A stretch of 64,000 bases of DNA from an uncultured Kofleriaceae bacterium (GCA_964618145.1 CAZTZR010000003.1:997-64996), one strand, 5' to 3'. Counted from the stretch's first letter, positions 17,481 to 28,510 are shown. Numbers and translations are program-made. The notes: a model not told the origin generated them from the sequence alone.

Positions 17481-18617
17481 TCAGCATTCCTGGAAGTAGT
17501 TGGTTTTCGCGAAAGTGGCGACCTTCTCCACACCGTCCGGGGTTTCCCGCAGAAGCTCGATGGTCCATTCATCTTGGCGGAGGAATTCCATGCGTCCGTC
17601 CCCGTCAATGTCTCCCAGAATGGTGATCCTTTCTCCGAACTGGAAGCGGGAATACAGTTGTTTCCAGCCGGTGGTGGTCCTTTTCCAGAGGATGGCTGTT
17701 CTTTCCACTTCGCATTCGTTCAAAGACAACGGATAAGTCATGGTGATGGAAAAATAGGTGTTGCCGTTGAACACCGCGCGCCCGAGATGACCGTGCTGGT
17801 TCAGTTCCTCCATCATGGAGGGATTGAAATCCGCCAGTCCCCTCTTCATTCGTTCGATCTGGTATTCCACATAATTTTCCGGTTCTTCTCCGGCTTCGTC
17901 ACTGAATTTTTTCACATGTTCCTGATACTGGTTCATCTGGACTGCATGCAACTGCTTGAGTTCATCGTCGGAAATGACGGTTTCCATTCGTTCCGCTTCT
18001 GAAATGGAATCGGGGGTGACCTGGGCCCACAGGTTGGTCATGTTGACTTCGGCCGCGCATCCGGTGACACGGGCGGCGGGCCGTATGGTCATGCGCTTCC
18101 AGAAGTCCGCGATGGGCAGTTTGCTGCGAAGGTCCTTTTCCGGGACTTCGTGGATGGTATCGAGAACCACTCCGGCGTTTTCAAAGGTGTCATCATGGTA
18201 CCCCAATTTCAAAACGCCCCAGGGAGTACCGGCTCCCAGAACCCGGGGCCGCTCCAGGGTACCCTCACAAACCCGGCGGTGCCCGTTGTACACAGTGATC
18301 CGGGCTCCCCTGAGGTGTTCCCACGACGAAGAGTCCAGTTCCGAACTGAAAGCGACCTTCCATGGACTCATTTCTTCAAATGTCAGCAATGCCGGATCGA
18401 TCTGCTGTTCTTTCTTTCCTTTCGGGCTCAGGTACACGTACACGCCGTCCTTGACCCTTTCCACGAAAAAGAATGCGTTTTCCCGTGCTCCCGGGGGCTG
18501 AGCCCGTTCCCCGGCGGCGGCCGGCGGCAATCGTGGCGTGCCGGAGCGTCCGGAAGTACAGGTCACAAGTCCCCAGAAGACCGTCGCATAAAGAATGCGC
18601 CGAGTTGCCATTTTCAT
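17481..18617 (-). CDS. Hypothetical secreted/lipoprotein
   Basis: Signal peptide MKMATRRILYATVFWGLVTCTS. Protein-like composition, unlike the overlapping plus-strand ORFs. Confidence 0.55.
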   Translation of the reverse strand: MKMATRRILYATVFWGLVTCTSGRSGTPRLPPAAAGERAQPPGARENAFFFVERVKDGVYVYLSPKGKKEQQIDPALLTFEEMSPWKVAFSSELDSSSWEHLRGARITVYNGHRRVCEGTLERPRVLGAGTPWGVLKLGYHDDTFENAGVVLDTIHEVPEKDLRSKLPIADFWKRMTIRPAARVTGCAAEVNMTNLWAQVTPDSISEAERMETVISDDELKQLHAVQMNQYQEHVKKFSDEAGEEPENYVEYQIERMKRGLADFNPSMMEELNQHGHLGRAVFNGNTYFSITMTYPLSLNECEVERTAILWKRTTTGWKQLYSRFQFGERITILGDIDGDGRMEFLRQDEWTIELLRETPDGVEKVATFAKTNYFQEC

Positions 18618-18818
18618 GGAAAACCTCCTTGAGTGGGTTGGGGACCGCAGTTTTTGTGATCTTGCCTGCGAACCGAAAGACCCGGTTCAAGGATTGCCCA
18701 GGACAGGGTGACTGTCAACCGGATTTCCCGGATTGGACCACGCATCCGCGAAACCTGGGGGGGGGCGGAGGATTCCATTGAGATCCAGGCCGGTTTGTGG
18801 TACCTCCTTTCCAGGTGG

Positions 18819-19742
18819 ATGAGCATGCAGTCAGATACTGGATTTCTTTGTGGATATGTAGCCATTCTGGGGCGTCCGAACGTGGGCAAGAGCACCCTGC
18901 TCAATGCCATTCTCGGGGAGAAGGTGTCCATCGTGACCCACAAGCCCCAGACCACACGGCAGAAAATCCTGGGTGTGGTGCCCGGGCCCGGGTATCAGGC
19001 CGTTTTCATTGATACGCCGGGGTACCACCACTTCAAGCGGCGGTTGAACCGCTCCATGGTGGAGAGCGCCCTGGGAGCCATCGGGGACGCGGATCTGGTG
19101 CTGGTCATGGTGGATGTCTCGGACAAGACCGATGAGTTCAGGGATCCCCACGGGGCCGGTGAACTGGTGCGTATGTGCGAAAAGCAGGAAAAACCCGTGC
19201 TTTTGTTGCTCAACAAGGTGGACCGACTGCCGGACAAAAAGAAGTTGCTGCCCATGATCGAGGCGTGGGCGAAGTTTTCCGGGGCTGTGAAGGTGGTCAT
19301 TCCCCTGTCAGCCATGAAGTCCGACGGCGTGGATCTGATCCTTCAGGAGGTGCCGAAATACCTTCCGGAAGGTCCGGCGCTGTTTCCGGAGGAAGATCTG
19401 ACGGACCAGTCGGAGCGGGCCATTGCCGCGGAAATGATCCGGGAGGTGTGCATCCTGCAGTTGCGCGAGGAATTGCCGTACGCCACGGCGGTGGTCATCG
19501 AGCGGTTTGCGGACACCGCCATGGCCCGGACCATCTCTGCCGTGATCTGGGTGGAGCGGGACAGCCAGAAAAGCATTGTCATCGGCAAACACGGGGCCAT
19601 GATCCGGGAGATCGGACAAAAGGCCCGGGAAAGACTTACCGAGCGTTTTGGAATCCAGACGCACCTGTTTCTGGAGGTGCGCGTGCAGCCTGAATGGACA
19701 GATGACCCCGCCGCCCTGCGGGAGTTGGGGTACGAACCATGA
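18819..19742 (+). CDS. era: GTPase Era
   Basis: ILGRPNVGKSTLLN, DTPG, NKVD motifs and a C-terminal KH domain. ORF 18708 is a GTG-extended version. Confidence 0.9.
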   Translation: MSMQSDTGFLCGYVAILGRPNVGKSTLLNAILGEKVSIVTHKPQTTRQKILGVVPGPGYQAVFIDTPGYHHFKRRLNRSMVESALGAIGDADLVLVMVDVSDKTDEFRDPHGAGELVRMCEKQEKPVLLLLNKVDRLPDKKKLLPMIEAWAKFSGAVKVVIPLSAMKSDGVDLILQEVPKYLPEGPALFPEEDLTDQSERAIAAEMIREVCILQLREELPYATAVVIERFADTAMARTISAVIWVERDSQKSIVIGKHGAMIREIGQKARERLTERFGIQTHLFLEVRVQPEWTDDPAALRELGYEP

Positions 19743-21079
19743 GCCAGAGGTCCACCGTCGCCATCGTGGGTCGCCCCAATGTGGGCAAGTCCACCCTGTT
19801 CAACCGTCTGCTGAAGAGCCGCAAGGCGTTGGTCGAGGACATTCCGGGGGTGACCCGGGACCGGATTTACGGAACCCTGGAGTGGGACGGCCGGTCCTGC
19901 AACCTCATTGATACCGGGGGACTGGACCCCAAGGATCCTTCCAGCCTGAAAAAATCCATCCGCCAGCAGGTGGAAGTGGCCATGCTGGAAGCGGACGCCA
20001 TCCTCATTGTGGTGGACGCTCGTTCCGGCCCCACAGGACTGGACGCGGACATCATACAGTTGGTACGTCCCCTGGGAAAGCCGGTGGCATTGGTAGTCAA
20101 CAAGGCGGACAACCAGAAGCAGGAACTTCTGGCCGGAGAATTCTACCGGTACGGGTTGGAACCCGTGTTTGCCGTGTCGGCATCCCACGGACGGGGAGTG
20201 GGGGAACTTCTGGACTGGATGGAACAGGTGCTTTCGTTTCCGGAGGACAAGGAGGTGGAGGACGCCGGCAGGGAAGCCATCCGGATCACTTTCTGTGGAA
20301 GGCCGAACGCCGGAAAAAGTTCCATGGTCAACCGCATTCTGGGCCAGCAGCGGATGCTGGTGGATGATCGGGCCGGCACTACCATGGATGCCGTGGAAGT
20401 TCCCTTTTCCCGCAGGAAAAAGGATTTCATCCTGGTGGACACCGCCGGATTGCGGCGCAAGAGGTCCATTGACGACCAACTTGAAAAACTTGCAGTACAT
20501 CATGCCATCACTGCCATGGAAGCCTCCCATGTGGTGGTGCTCGTATGTGACGCCAGCCTGGGCATTCATGATCAGGATGCCAAACTGGCCCAATTGGCGA
20601 TGGAACGCGGTCGGGGGCTGATCATCGCGCTGAACAAGTGGGATCTGATTCCCGACCCTGCCACCCGCAAGAAGGCCAAGACCCAGGTGCAGGAAACCCT
20701 GCGGTTTGTTCCCTGGGCACAGGTGGTGCCCACCTCCGCCCTGGATGGCCGGGGGCTCGGAGTGATTTGCGAGAAGGCAGTGCAGGCCCATGCGGCATGG
20801 AACCGTCGTGTTTCCACCGGTGAATTGAACCGTTTCCTGCAGGAGGCGGTGGAGTTGCACCATCCCCCCATGGCCGGCCGCCGGCCGCTCAAGTTCTATT
20901 ACATGAGTCAACCCCAGATCCGTCCGCCGGTGTTTGTGATTCACGCCAATCGCAAGAGTGTGCCGGAGGACTACCAGCGGTACCTGACCAACCGGCTGCG
21001 GGAGGTTTTTTCCTTTGTCGGGACCCCTGTGCGTCTGGTGGTGCGGTCCAGTCATGGAGACAAAGAGGGAACCAGATGA
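19739..21079 (+). CDS. der: Ribosome-associated GTPase Der (EngA), double GTPase
   Basis: Two G-domains (GRPNVGKSTLFN and GRPNAGKSSMVN) plus a KH-like C-terminus. Overlaps the era stop by 4 nt. Confidence 0.92.
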   Translation: MSQRSTVAIVGRPNVGKSTLFNRLLKSRKALVEDIPGVTRDRIYGTLEWDGRSCNLIDTGGLDPKDPSSLKKSIRQQVEVAMLEADAILIVVDARSGPTGLDADIIQLVRPLGKPVALVVNKADNQKQELLAGEFYRYGLEPVFAVSASHGRGVGELLDWMEQVLSFPEDKEVEDAGREAIRITFCGRPNAGKSSMVNRILGQQRMLVDDRAGTTMDAVEVPFSRRKKDFILVDTAGLRRKRSIDDQLEKLAVHHAITAMEASHVVVLVCDASLGIHDQDAKLAQLAMERGRGLIIALNKWDLIPDPATRKKAKTQVQETLRFVPWAQVVPTSALDGRGLGVICEKAVQAHAAWNRRVSTGELNRFLQEAVELHHPPMAGRRPLKFYYMSQPQIRPPVFVIHANRKSVPEDYQRYLTNRLREVFSFVGTPVRLVVRSSHGDKEGTR

Positions 21080-21915
21080 TCCACCAGTTCTCCGGTTTGC
21101 GGGTCCATGTCGCAACAGTTTTCCTGCTGGCCTGTTGTGGCCTGGTCGCGTGCGGCCCGCGCCCCCGGGTTCGGGTGGAAGCACGGCGTCTCGTGATTCG
21201 GCAAATCTCCCTGGAGCATCTGGTGCTGGAGGTACGTTACGAGGTGCACAATCCGCATCCGGTATCCATTTCGATTCTGGAAGTGGATCAGACGTTGCAG
21301 CTGGCCAACACGGTGGCAGCCCGTGGGCAGATGGAAGAGCCTGTCACTGTACCTGCAAAAAAGAGTTCACCCCTGCATGTCACGCTGAAGGTTCCGTTTT
21401 TGCCCATGGCAAATCCCGCAAAGGATTTGCTCCTGGGACGCTCTGTGCCCTACCGGCTGGAAAGCGTCATGCGCATGAAGACCATCCTGGGGAATGAAGA
21501 GCGCAAACTGCTCCGCCAGGGGGAACTGGAACTGCCCATCCTGCCGGGAGGCGGACTGGTGGGTCTGAAGAATGTCCGTCTGGAGGGGGGACCCCTGGGA
21601 ACCCTGCGTCTGGACATGATCATTGCGGTGCCCCGGCCGAAGAAGCAACTCATGGATACTACCGAGGTGGAGTATTACCTCAAGATAGACAAGAGTGTGA
21701 TTGCCGAAGGAAAATTTCCCATGACCGCCGGTCCGGAGAACATGCAGAATGTGACGATTCCGGTGGCCTGGCCCATTGCGGAAGGGGCCACATGGGTTCC
21801 GCGAATGGCCCTGGGTCTTCCGGTCCATTTCCGGCTGCGTTTTGACCTTGGCGAGGAAACCGAGTTCCTGATCGACAAGAAGGAAAAAATGAAACTCAAT
21901 CCGTTTGCGCGGTAA
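21076..21915 (+). CDS. Lipoprotein with tandem LEA_2/WHy-like (Lea14-type) domains
   Basis: Signal peptide and lipobox LLACCGLVAC. EVRYEVHNPHPVSISI pattern typical of LEA14/WHy domains. Confidence 0.6.
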   Translation: MIHQFSGLRVHVATVFLLACCGLVACGPRPRVRVEARRLVIRQISLEHLVLEVRYEVHNPHPVSISILEVDQTLQLANTVAARGQMEEPVTVPAKKSSPLHVTLKVPFLPMANPAKDLLLGRSVPYRLESVMRMKTILGNEERKLLRQGELELPILPGGGLVGLKNVRLEGGPLGTLRLDMIIAVPRPKKQLMDTTEVEYYLKIDKSVIAEGKFPMTAGPENMQNVTIPVAWPIAEGATWVPRMALGLPVHFRLRFDLGEETEFLIDKKEKMKLNPFAR

Positions 21916-21926
21916 AGGAGAGGGTC

Positions 21927-22292
21927 ATGAAGCGAGAAGATCAGATTCAGGTGTGCAAACTGGTGGCGCAGGCCATCTTCATTGACGGACAGTTGACGGA
22001 CAACGAGATGCAGATGCTGGACAAACTGCTGGCCCATTTCGAAATCACCAAAGAAGAGAAAAAGGACATTCTGGCCCGGAACATCGATGACGATGTGGCG
22101 GCCATGGCTGCATTGATCGAAGGGGACGATGCGAAAAAGGAAGCGCTGGTTCAACTGGCCCAGGCGATCTCCGTGGACGGCAGCATCTCCCGCTCCGAGC
22201 GGGGCCTGCTGGTCCGCTGTGCCGAAGCCATGGGGTTTTCCACGGAAACGATGCGCGAAATTGTCGCCCCCTACTTGCCGGAAATGGCATGA
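21927..22292 (+). CDS. TerB-like (tellurite-resistance TerB family) protein
   Basis: IDGQLTDNEMQMLDKLL and ISVDGSISRSERGLL amphipathic repeat pattern of the TerB fold. RBS AGGAGAGGG. Confidence 0.55.
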   Translation: MKREDQIQVCKLVAQAIFIDGQLTDNEMQMLDKLLAHFEITKEEKKDILARNIDDDVAAMAALIEGDDAKKEALVQLAQAISVDGSISRSERGLLVRCAEAMGFSTETMREIVAPYLPEMA

Positions 22293-22306
22293 CGCAAAAC
22301 GGCCGG

Positions 22307-25300
22307 TCATTTTCCGGCGAGGATCTGGGCCACCTTCGAAGCCAGCAGTGAAACACCGAAGGGCTTGGCCAGGAAGTTCTGTTCTTCCGGGGCGATACCC
22401 TGTTTTTCCAGCATGTTTGTTGTGTAACCGGAGATATACAGCACCTTCATTTCCGGTTCGTTGCGCTTGAGTTCATGATACAGCCTCTTACCGCTCATGT
22501 GGGGCATGATCACATCGGTGATCAGCAAGGAGAGGGGTCCTTCCTGGTGGCTGTTGGCCAGGGCGATGGCTTTTTGGGGATCCGGAGCATCCAGGACCCG
22601 GTATCCATGCTTGATCAATGTCCGGCAGACAAAGTGCCGCACTGCATCCTCGTCTTCCACCACCAGAATGGCATGGGGTTGTGCCTGTACCACGGGCATG
22701 GGAGATGGTGTCAGTTCCACTGAAGTGGCTTCCGTTGTGTCCACCAGCGGGATCTGGATGCGGATGCGGTTTCCGGAGGGCGGAGACGGTATCCATGCCA
22801 GGGTACCGCCGAAGGCGGCAACGATGTTCCACGCATTGGCCAGTTCCAGATCTTCCACTGACCCGGAAGCTGCGGTGAACGGGTCAAACACCTGTCGTGC
22901 ATCGGATGGGCTCAGGGGTTTTCCACGTTCAATCAGGTCAATGGAGACCACTTTGCCGGAATCAGACCCGGAAACAATGGACATCACCTGACAACGGATC
23001 AAAACGGGTTGTTCGGCGGGGGTGTCCGGTTGCTTCAGAATCTTCCGAACCAGCGCCAAAAGTACCTGCTGGAAGTGGTCCGCATCCACCTTCACCACCA
23101 GTCTGTCCAGCGAAGAATCGCACTCCAGTTTCGGAGGGACTGCGCAATAGGGGGTGATGCCCTTGATGCACTGCCGGATCAAGTCTCCGGAAAAAACATT
23201 TTCCATCTTGTAGGTGTGGCGTGTACCGAACCGCAACAGGCTGCGGGTCAGATCCTTGGCACGTTCTGCAGCCTCCAGGACACGGCGCAAATCGGTGGCC
23301 AGGGGACTGTCCGAAGGGATGTCCAGCAGCGCCACGGATATGTATCCCAGAATGGGTGACAGAAGGTTGTTGAACTGGTGCGCAATGCCATGGGCCATTT
23401 TCCCGATGGTTTCCTGCTTCTGGGATTGCGCCAGTTGGGCTTCCAGCCAGGAACTGGAACTGTCTGTGCGTTTCTTGGCGAGGGCCGTGCCAAGAAGGGA
23501 GGCCGCCGTACGGAGGCTTTCCACCTCGGGGGAAGACCATTTCCGGGGATTCCGGCATTCGTCCATGCCCCAGAAACCCCACCATTTTCCTTCGGAGAAG
23601 ATGGGAACAACCGCCAGGGAGGCGATGCCCTGGGGAAGCAGGATTTCCTGTTCGGGAAGCGGGAAATCAATGATGTTTCCGTGAATGGTATTGTTCTGTC
23701 CCAGTTCCTGGGTCCAGCGCTGGATGCCGAATTCGTTCAGACTCATGCATTTGAGGTCAGGATTGTCAATCTGTGGCGGGATGCCCGGTGCCACCCATTC
23801 CATCCATTGGCTGGTGAGGAGATCGCCGCTTTCCGAGGAGTGGTTCTCGAAGATGTACATCCGGGAAACATCTGCGGCTTCGCCCAGAAGGCGCATCATT
23901 TCCGGCAGTCTTTCCTTGAAATCCGGCTTCTGGAGGGTCTGGGCCAAAAGGGCCACCGCCCTCCACAGGTTTTCACTGCGCATGGAGGAATTCCTGGAAA
24001 AATCCAGGTCGGTGGTTTCCATTCCGAACACGTGCCATGTGGCAGGCTGCGAACTGTCCACCGGAACCAGTTTCGTCCGGAAAAGCCGCTGGTTTCCGGC
24101 CGCGTCCATGAAGGCCCATGTGTCTTCCACGGGCTGTCCTGCATCGAGTTGGCGGAAAATGCGTTCGATTTCTTCCCGGCGGGGCATCATGGAGAACAAC
24201 CCGTTGGGCAACATGTCCATCTTGCGTTCGGCGATGTCCATCAGATGGAATACGGAAGGAGACAGGAACTTCCACTTCCAGCCGGATTCGGATCGCTCCA
24301 GAATACCTGTAAACTCCTTTGACAGGGGACAGGAAAGCCGCTCCAGGGCCTCCGTGGCATGTTGTTTTTCCTGCAGGGGTTCTGTGGATTCCACCTCGGA
24401 AAGATTGGTCCAGAACATTGCCATGTCCAGGGCCATCTGCTCAAGCCTGCCCACTACGTCATTGGAAAAGGCGAACAAGTGTTCATGATAAAGACACAGG
24501 ACACCGAACTGCCTGTCCGTTGAAGAAACAGGCAGAAACAGCATGGAACCAATGTTCCTGGCCCGGGTCCAGTCCCTCAATGCATCAAGTTCCGCCATGG
24601 ACTGGGTGTCCCGGATATGCACCAGTTTCTGTCCCGAGAAAGCCCACTGTGCCGGATGGTTGTTCGCGATTTCTGCACCATGGACGGGACTCCAGTAATC
24701 AGGTCCCCATTTTCCTGCAACCGTCACCGGTATGAGTTTTCCTTCAACGCCTCCGAGCAGGAACACAGAGTTGCAGCGGAAGTATTCAAGAAGTTTTCCG
24801 CAGACATGTTCCTGCATGTCCTGGACACTGGACATGCGCAAAAGGTCGGAAAACAGCCCTGAGAGGAACCCTGACATGGATTCCTCGCCTGACCAGACAC
24901 CGACAGGACGGGGCGTTTCTTCCATGGAGTCGCCAATGGGTTCGACCCAGAAACAGAGCAATTCCGGATTTTCTGGTATGGTGGTGATGGTCAGTCGGAA
25001 ATGGGTGGCAGAATCGCAATGGGGGCAAGTAAAGAAATATACATCATCCCTGTGTTTGATGTGGTGTTTCAGAAAATCTTCGTTCAGGGTACCGTTTGGT
25101 ACCGGTTTTCCCTCTTCGTTGAGAAGTACCCAACTGAATTGCCGGACATTGGAAAAATCGGCCGGGAGTTCTCCGGCGGCCATCAGTTCCTGGAATGCAG
25201 GATTGACATACCGGATGGTTCCCTTGAGATCCAGCACCAGGGTGGCCACGGGAGAAAGTTCCAGCAGGGGACCTGACTGTGACAGGTATTCCGGGAGATT

Positions 25301-25333
25301 TGTGATGGAGTTTTGATCCTGCCGTGGATTCAT
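22307..25333 (-). CDS. Hybrid sensor histidine kinase (PAS/GAF sensors, HisKA, HATPase, C-terminal receiver)
   Basis: H-box MAHGIAHQFNNLLSPILGY. C-terminal receiver ILVVEDEDAVR...LITDVIMPHMSGKRL. Confidence 0.9.
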   Translation of the reverse strand: MNPRQDQNSITNLPEYLSQSGPLLELSPVATLVLDLKGTIRYVNPAFQELMAAGELPADFSNVRQFSWVLLNEEGKPVPNGTLNEDFLKHHIKHRDDVYFFTCPHCDSATHFRLTITTIPENPELLCFWVEPIGDSMEETPRPVGVWSGEESMSGFLSGLFSDLLRMSSVQDMQEHVCGKLLEYFRCNSVFLLGGVEGKLIPVTVAGKWGPDYWSPVHGAEIANNHPAQWAFSGQKLVHIRDTQSMAELDALRDWTRARNIGSMLFLPVSSTDRQFGVLCLYHEHLFAFSNDVVGRLEQMALDMAMFWTNLSEVESTEPLQEKQHATEALERLSCPLSKEFTGILERSESGWKWKFLSPSVFHLMDIAERKMDMLPNGLFSMMPRREEIERIFRQLDAGQPVEDTWAFMDAAGNQRLFRTKLVPVDSSQPATWHVFGMETTDLDFSRNSSMRSENLWRAVALLAQTLQKPDFKERLPEMMRLLGEAADVSRMYIFENHSSESGDLLTSQWMEWVAPGIPPQIDNPDLKCMSLNEFGIQRWTQELGQNNTIHGNIIDFPLPEQEILLPQGIASLAVVPIFSEGKWWGFWGMDECRNPRKWSSPEVESLRTAASLLGTALAKKRTDSSSSWLEAQLAQSQKQETIGKMAHGIAHQFNNLLSPILGYISVALLDIPSDSPLATDLRRVLEAAERAKDLTRSLLRFGTRHTYKMENVFSGDLIRQCIKGITPYCAVPPKLECDSSLDRLVVKVDADHFQQVLLALVRKILKQPDTPAEQPVLIRCQVMSIVSGSDSGKVVSIDLIERGKPLSPSDARQVFDPFTAASGSVEDLELANAWNIVAAFGGTLAWIPSPPSGNRIRIQIPLVDTTEATSVELTPSPMPVVQAQPHAILVVEDEDAVRHFVCRTLIKHGYRVLDAPDPQKAIALANSHQEGPLSLLITDVIMPHMSGKRLYHELKRNEPEMKVLYISGYTTNMLEKQGIAPEEQNFLAKPFGVSLLASKVAQILAGK

Positions 25334-25504
25334 CGTTCAACCTGGGGTTCCTTCATGTGCATGCAGGTGATCCCTTACTACCACAACAGGATAACTTGTG
25401 CAAACACCAAAGTATTCAATATGACCTGTTCCCGGATTGCCAAAGGACCCCATTTCGCCTATGTTGGGGGCGGCGGTACTGTGCGGAACCGCCGGGAGAG
25501 TCCG

Positions 25505-26596
25505 ATGAACAGATTCCTGTGTTTCGTTTGTTTGTTTTTTGTCTTTTCGGCTTGCCGGTCCACAGGGAGCGGTTCCACCACCCAGGAAAAGACTGCAGAA
25601 AAGCCGGTGAAGTTGCTCGGGGAGAAGGAGACTGAAACCAAAAAACCGCGCCGGCGACCCCGGCAGGAAAAGACGGCCTTTTCAACGGTACAGGATTACA
25701 CCAGATATATTGATGAAAATCCGGATGACCCACAGGCATTCTACAATCGTGGCACACTTCACCTGAGGGCAGGTGATGTGGCATCCGCCCTGGCGGATTT
25801 TTCCAGGGCCATCGAACTGAAACCGGACTATCAACTTGCCTGGGTCAACCGGGCGGTGTTGCACCTGCGGGAGCGGCGGTTCGACCAGGCCATTGCCGAT
25901 TACTCGAAGGCCATCGAAATCACTCCCGACAATCCGCGCATGTATTTTCAACGTGCCTTTGCGTACGAAAGGAAAAACGACTTCAAAAAAGCGTTGGCGG
26001 ATTACACGAAGGCGATTGAATTGCGCGAAAACTACGCCGAGGCATTGGTCAACCGTGGTCTTTTGTACGAAAAGACCGGGCAGGATGAGAAGGCACTGGC
26101 GGATTACAACCGGGCCATCCAGATCAAGCCGAAAATGGGCCGCGCCTATTCCAACCGGGGACTCATCTTTGCCAAGAGGCGCAACTGGGATGGAGCAATT
26201 GTGGATTTCGGAAAGGCCATTGAGTATGCACCGAACTATTCAAGGGGATATTACAACCGGGGGGTCATCCACCTGAACGCGGGGGAAATCGACGAGGCCA
26301 TCGCCGATTTCACGAAGACCATTGAACTGGAACCCGATTTCGTGCGGGCGTACATCAACCGGGGAGCCGCATACACGGAAAAGAAGGATTTTGATGCCGC
26401 CGGGAAGGATTATTCGAAGGCCATTGAACTGGAACCAAAAAATGGACGTGTCTATATCAGCCGGGCGGTCAATTTTTTCAACCAGCAAAAGTATGACGAA
26501 TCGTGGACGGATGTACACCGTGCCCGCAGTCTGGGTGTGAACCCGTCCAATCGTTTTATGGAAGCCCTGAAAAAGGCGTCCCGCCGGGACAAATGA
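25505..26596 (+). CDS. TPR-repeat lipoprotein
   Basis: Signal peptide MNRFLCFVCLFFVFSAC. About 8 consecutive 34-aa TPR repeats (AxADYxKAIELxP pattern). Confidence 0.85.
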   Translation: MNRFLCFVCLFFVFSACRSTGSGSTTQEKTAEKPVKLLGEKETETKKPRRRPRQEKTAFSTVQDYTRYIDENPDDPQAFYNRGTLHLRAGDVASALADFSRAIELKPDYQLAWVNRAVLHLRERRFDQAIADYSKAIEITPDNPRMYFQRAFAYERKNDFKKALADYTKAIELRENYAEALVNRGLLYEKTGQDEKALADYNRAIQIKPKMGRAYSNRGLIFAKRRNWDGAIVDFGKAIEYAPNYSRGYYNRGVIHLNAGEIDEAIADFTKTIELEPDFVRAYINRGAAYTEKKDFDAAGKDYSKAIELEPKNGRVYISRAVNFFNQQKYDESWTDVHRARSLGVNPSNRFMEALKKASRRDK

Positions 26597-26626
26597 TGTG
26601 CTATGGTTTTCCCGGGGAGGAAAGCC

Positions 26627-28510
26627 ATGCGAATCCAATCGTTTCTGAAAATTCTGTTGGTTCTGGGGTGTGTTGTCCTGGTCGGTTGTGATCCTGCGGA
26701 AAAGAACACCAACAACCAGAACAATATCAACAATATCAACAACGTCAACAACATCAATAATCAGAACAACGTCAACAACGTCAACAACGTCAACAACCAG
26801 AACAACCTGTTTTTTGACCGTGATAGCGACGGGGTTCCCGATGACGAAGACAATTGTCCGGATGATTTCAATCCCATGCAGGAAGACTACAACGGGGATG
26901 GTGTGGGGGATGCCTGCACCTTCCAGGATGGCACGGTGCAACATCCGTTCATCATTTCCGTGACCGAAGACGGTGCCATTTACGATGATGCGCAGGACAC
27001 TGCCCAGTCTTCGTCCAGTGTGTTTGATTCCTATCCGCCGAACACCCTGGACCAGAGCGGTCCGGAATATGTGTATGTCATGAGTCTTCCGCGGCGCATG
27101 CAGGTTCATGCATACATTGATCTGCCGGAGCCGCCGGGAGTGGACATTGATGTGCACTTGTTGTCCTCCCTGTCTCCACTGGAGTTGATCGCCCGCAGCA
27201 ATTCGTCGGTCATGGAAACACTGGATGCCGGTTTGTATTACCTCGTGATGGATACGTATGTGTCCAACGGGGTGCCCAAGCCTGGCCCTTATCAGTTGCA
27301 TGTGCGGGCAAGGCCCTGGTACGAGGGCACTGTGGATGACATCATTCCGGTATATGGTTCGAGCATCACCGTGCCGGTTCCGTTGCCGTATGTTTTCGTG
27401 GACATGCGCGACACCTCGGAATCACTGTCCAGTGTGTTTGACTCCTATCCTCCGAACACCGTGAACCAGGAGGGGCCCGAGTATGTTTACGGATTCACGC
27501 TGGACGCGCCTGCCTGGGTGTCCGCAGAAGTGCTTGCACCAGAGCCGGCTGGAGTGGACATCGATGTGCACCTGTTGTCTTCCCTGTCTCCCCTGGAGTT
27601 GATTGCCCGGGGGAACATCCGGGTATGGTCGCGACTGGAACCCGGAACATATTACGTCATTGCCGACACCTACATGAACAATACGGGACCATATAAACTG
27701 ACGGTCTCCTTCCGTTCAGCCGGACTGGAACCGGAAACGCTTTTCAATCCGTACATTCTGGCAGCGGTGGACTACATTGATACGCATTACCGGCTGTTGG
27801 GGTATGACAGCGCCGTTCTGACCCACGATATCGAGTACGGTTCCTTTGGTACCATCCCGGCCACCGGGGGCGCCCGCACCATGTGTGTGGCGGCCGTCAT
27901 GGAGGTGATTCTGGTGGCCATGCAAATATATGAAGCCGAAACCGGCGACTCCACGGTGTGGGATTACCTGCCCATGCGTTCCTTCCAGTTTCTGGGTGCC
28001 AATGATCTCAAAGCACATTTGTGGGTGAACCACGACCTGGATTCCTGGGGAAGCGCGGACGCTGTTCGTCATTTCGGCATGGGCATGAACGTTTCCTTCG
28101 AGAACCTGATCCCGGGTTCCCTGATCAACCTCAACCGTACCACCGGAACGGGGCATGCGGTCATCTTCATTTCATTTATCGATATCGCCGGGAACGAATC
28201 CGACACGTGGCATGACGGAGTCGTAGGTTTCCGCTACTACTCCAGCCAGGGTGGCTTCAACGTCGGTTCCGGCGGCATGGATTACCGCTATGCCGTGTTT
28301 TCCCAGCACGGTTCTCCCACCATGCCCTATCTGCGGGATCTCAACGTCATTTACAGCACTTCCCAGAACTATCTCAACACCGGTGTCATGTACATGCCTT
28401 CGCACTGGCGCTCCACGGCCCGCACCATGGGTGCGAAGAAGAACCTCGATCAACCCGACGTGAGCGTCTTTGACCCCGTCTACTTTGATGGCGTGACCCC
28501 CGGAAATTAA
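26627..28510 (+). CDS. Lipoprotein with poly-Asn linker, thrombospondin-type-3 Ca-binding repeat, two PPC-like repeats and a C-terminal Cys/His domain
   Basis: MRIQSFLKILLVLGCVVLVGC lipobox. NTNNQNNINNINNVNNINNQNNVNNVNN linker. DRDSDGVPDDEDNCPDDFNPMQEDYNGDGVGDAC repeat. Duplicated SSVFDSYPPNT...GVDIDVHLLSSLSPLELIAR module. Confidence 0.8.
   Translation: MRIQSFLKILLVLGCVVLVGCDPAEKNTNNQNNINNINNVNNINNQNNVNNVNNVNNQNNLFFDRDSDGVPDDEDNCPDDFNPMQEDYNGDGVGDACTFQDGTVQHPFIISVTEDGAIYDDAQDTAQSSSSVFDSYPPNTLDQSGPEYVYVMSLPRRMQVHAYIDLPEPPGVDIDVHLLSSLSPLELIARSNSSVMETLDAGLYYLVMDTYVSNGVPKPGPYQLHVRARPWYEGTVDDIIPVYGSSITVPVPLPYVFVDMRDTSESLSSVFDSYPPNTVNQEGPEYVYGFTLDAPAWVSAEVLAPEPAGVDIDVHLLSSLSPLELIARGNIRVWSRLEPGTYYVIADTYMNNTGPYKLTVSFRSAGLEPETLFNPYILAAVDYIDTHYRLLGYDSAVLTHDIEYGSFGTIPATGGARTMCVAAVMEVILVAMQIYEAETGDSTVWDYLPMRSFQFLGANDLKAHLWVNHDLDSWGSADAVRHFGMGMNVSFENLIPGSLINLNRTTGTGHAVIFISFIDIAGNESDTWHDGVVGFRYYSSQGGFNVGSGGMDYRYAVFSQHGSPTMPYLRDLNVIYSTSQNYLNTGVMYMPSHWRSTARTMGAKKNLDQPDVSVFDPVYFDGVTPGN
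26700..26815. repeat. (AAC AAC RTC)n coding microsatellite
   Basis: aacaatatcaacaatatcaacaacgtcaacaacatcaat... Confidence 0.7.

Noticed and set aside
19343-21184. 613-aa minus-strand ORF
   Set aside because: Antisense to era and der, both with unambiguous GTPase motifs.
23378-24488. Plus-strand ORFs of 314 and 267 aa
   Set aside because: Antisense to the hybrid histidine kinase gene.
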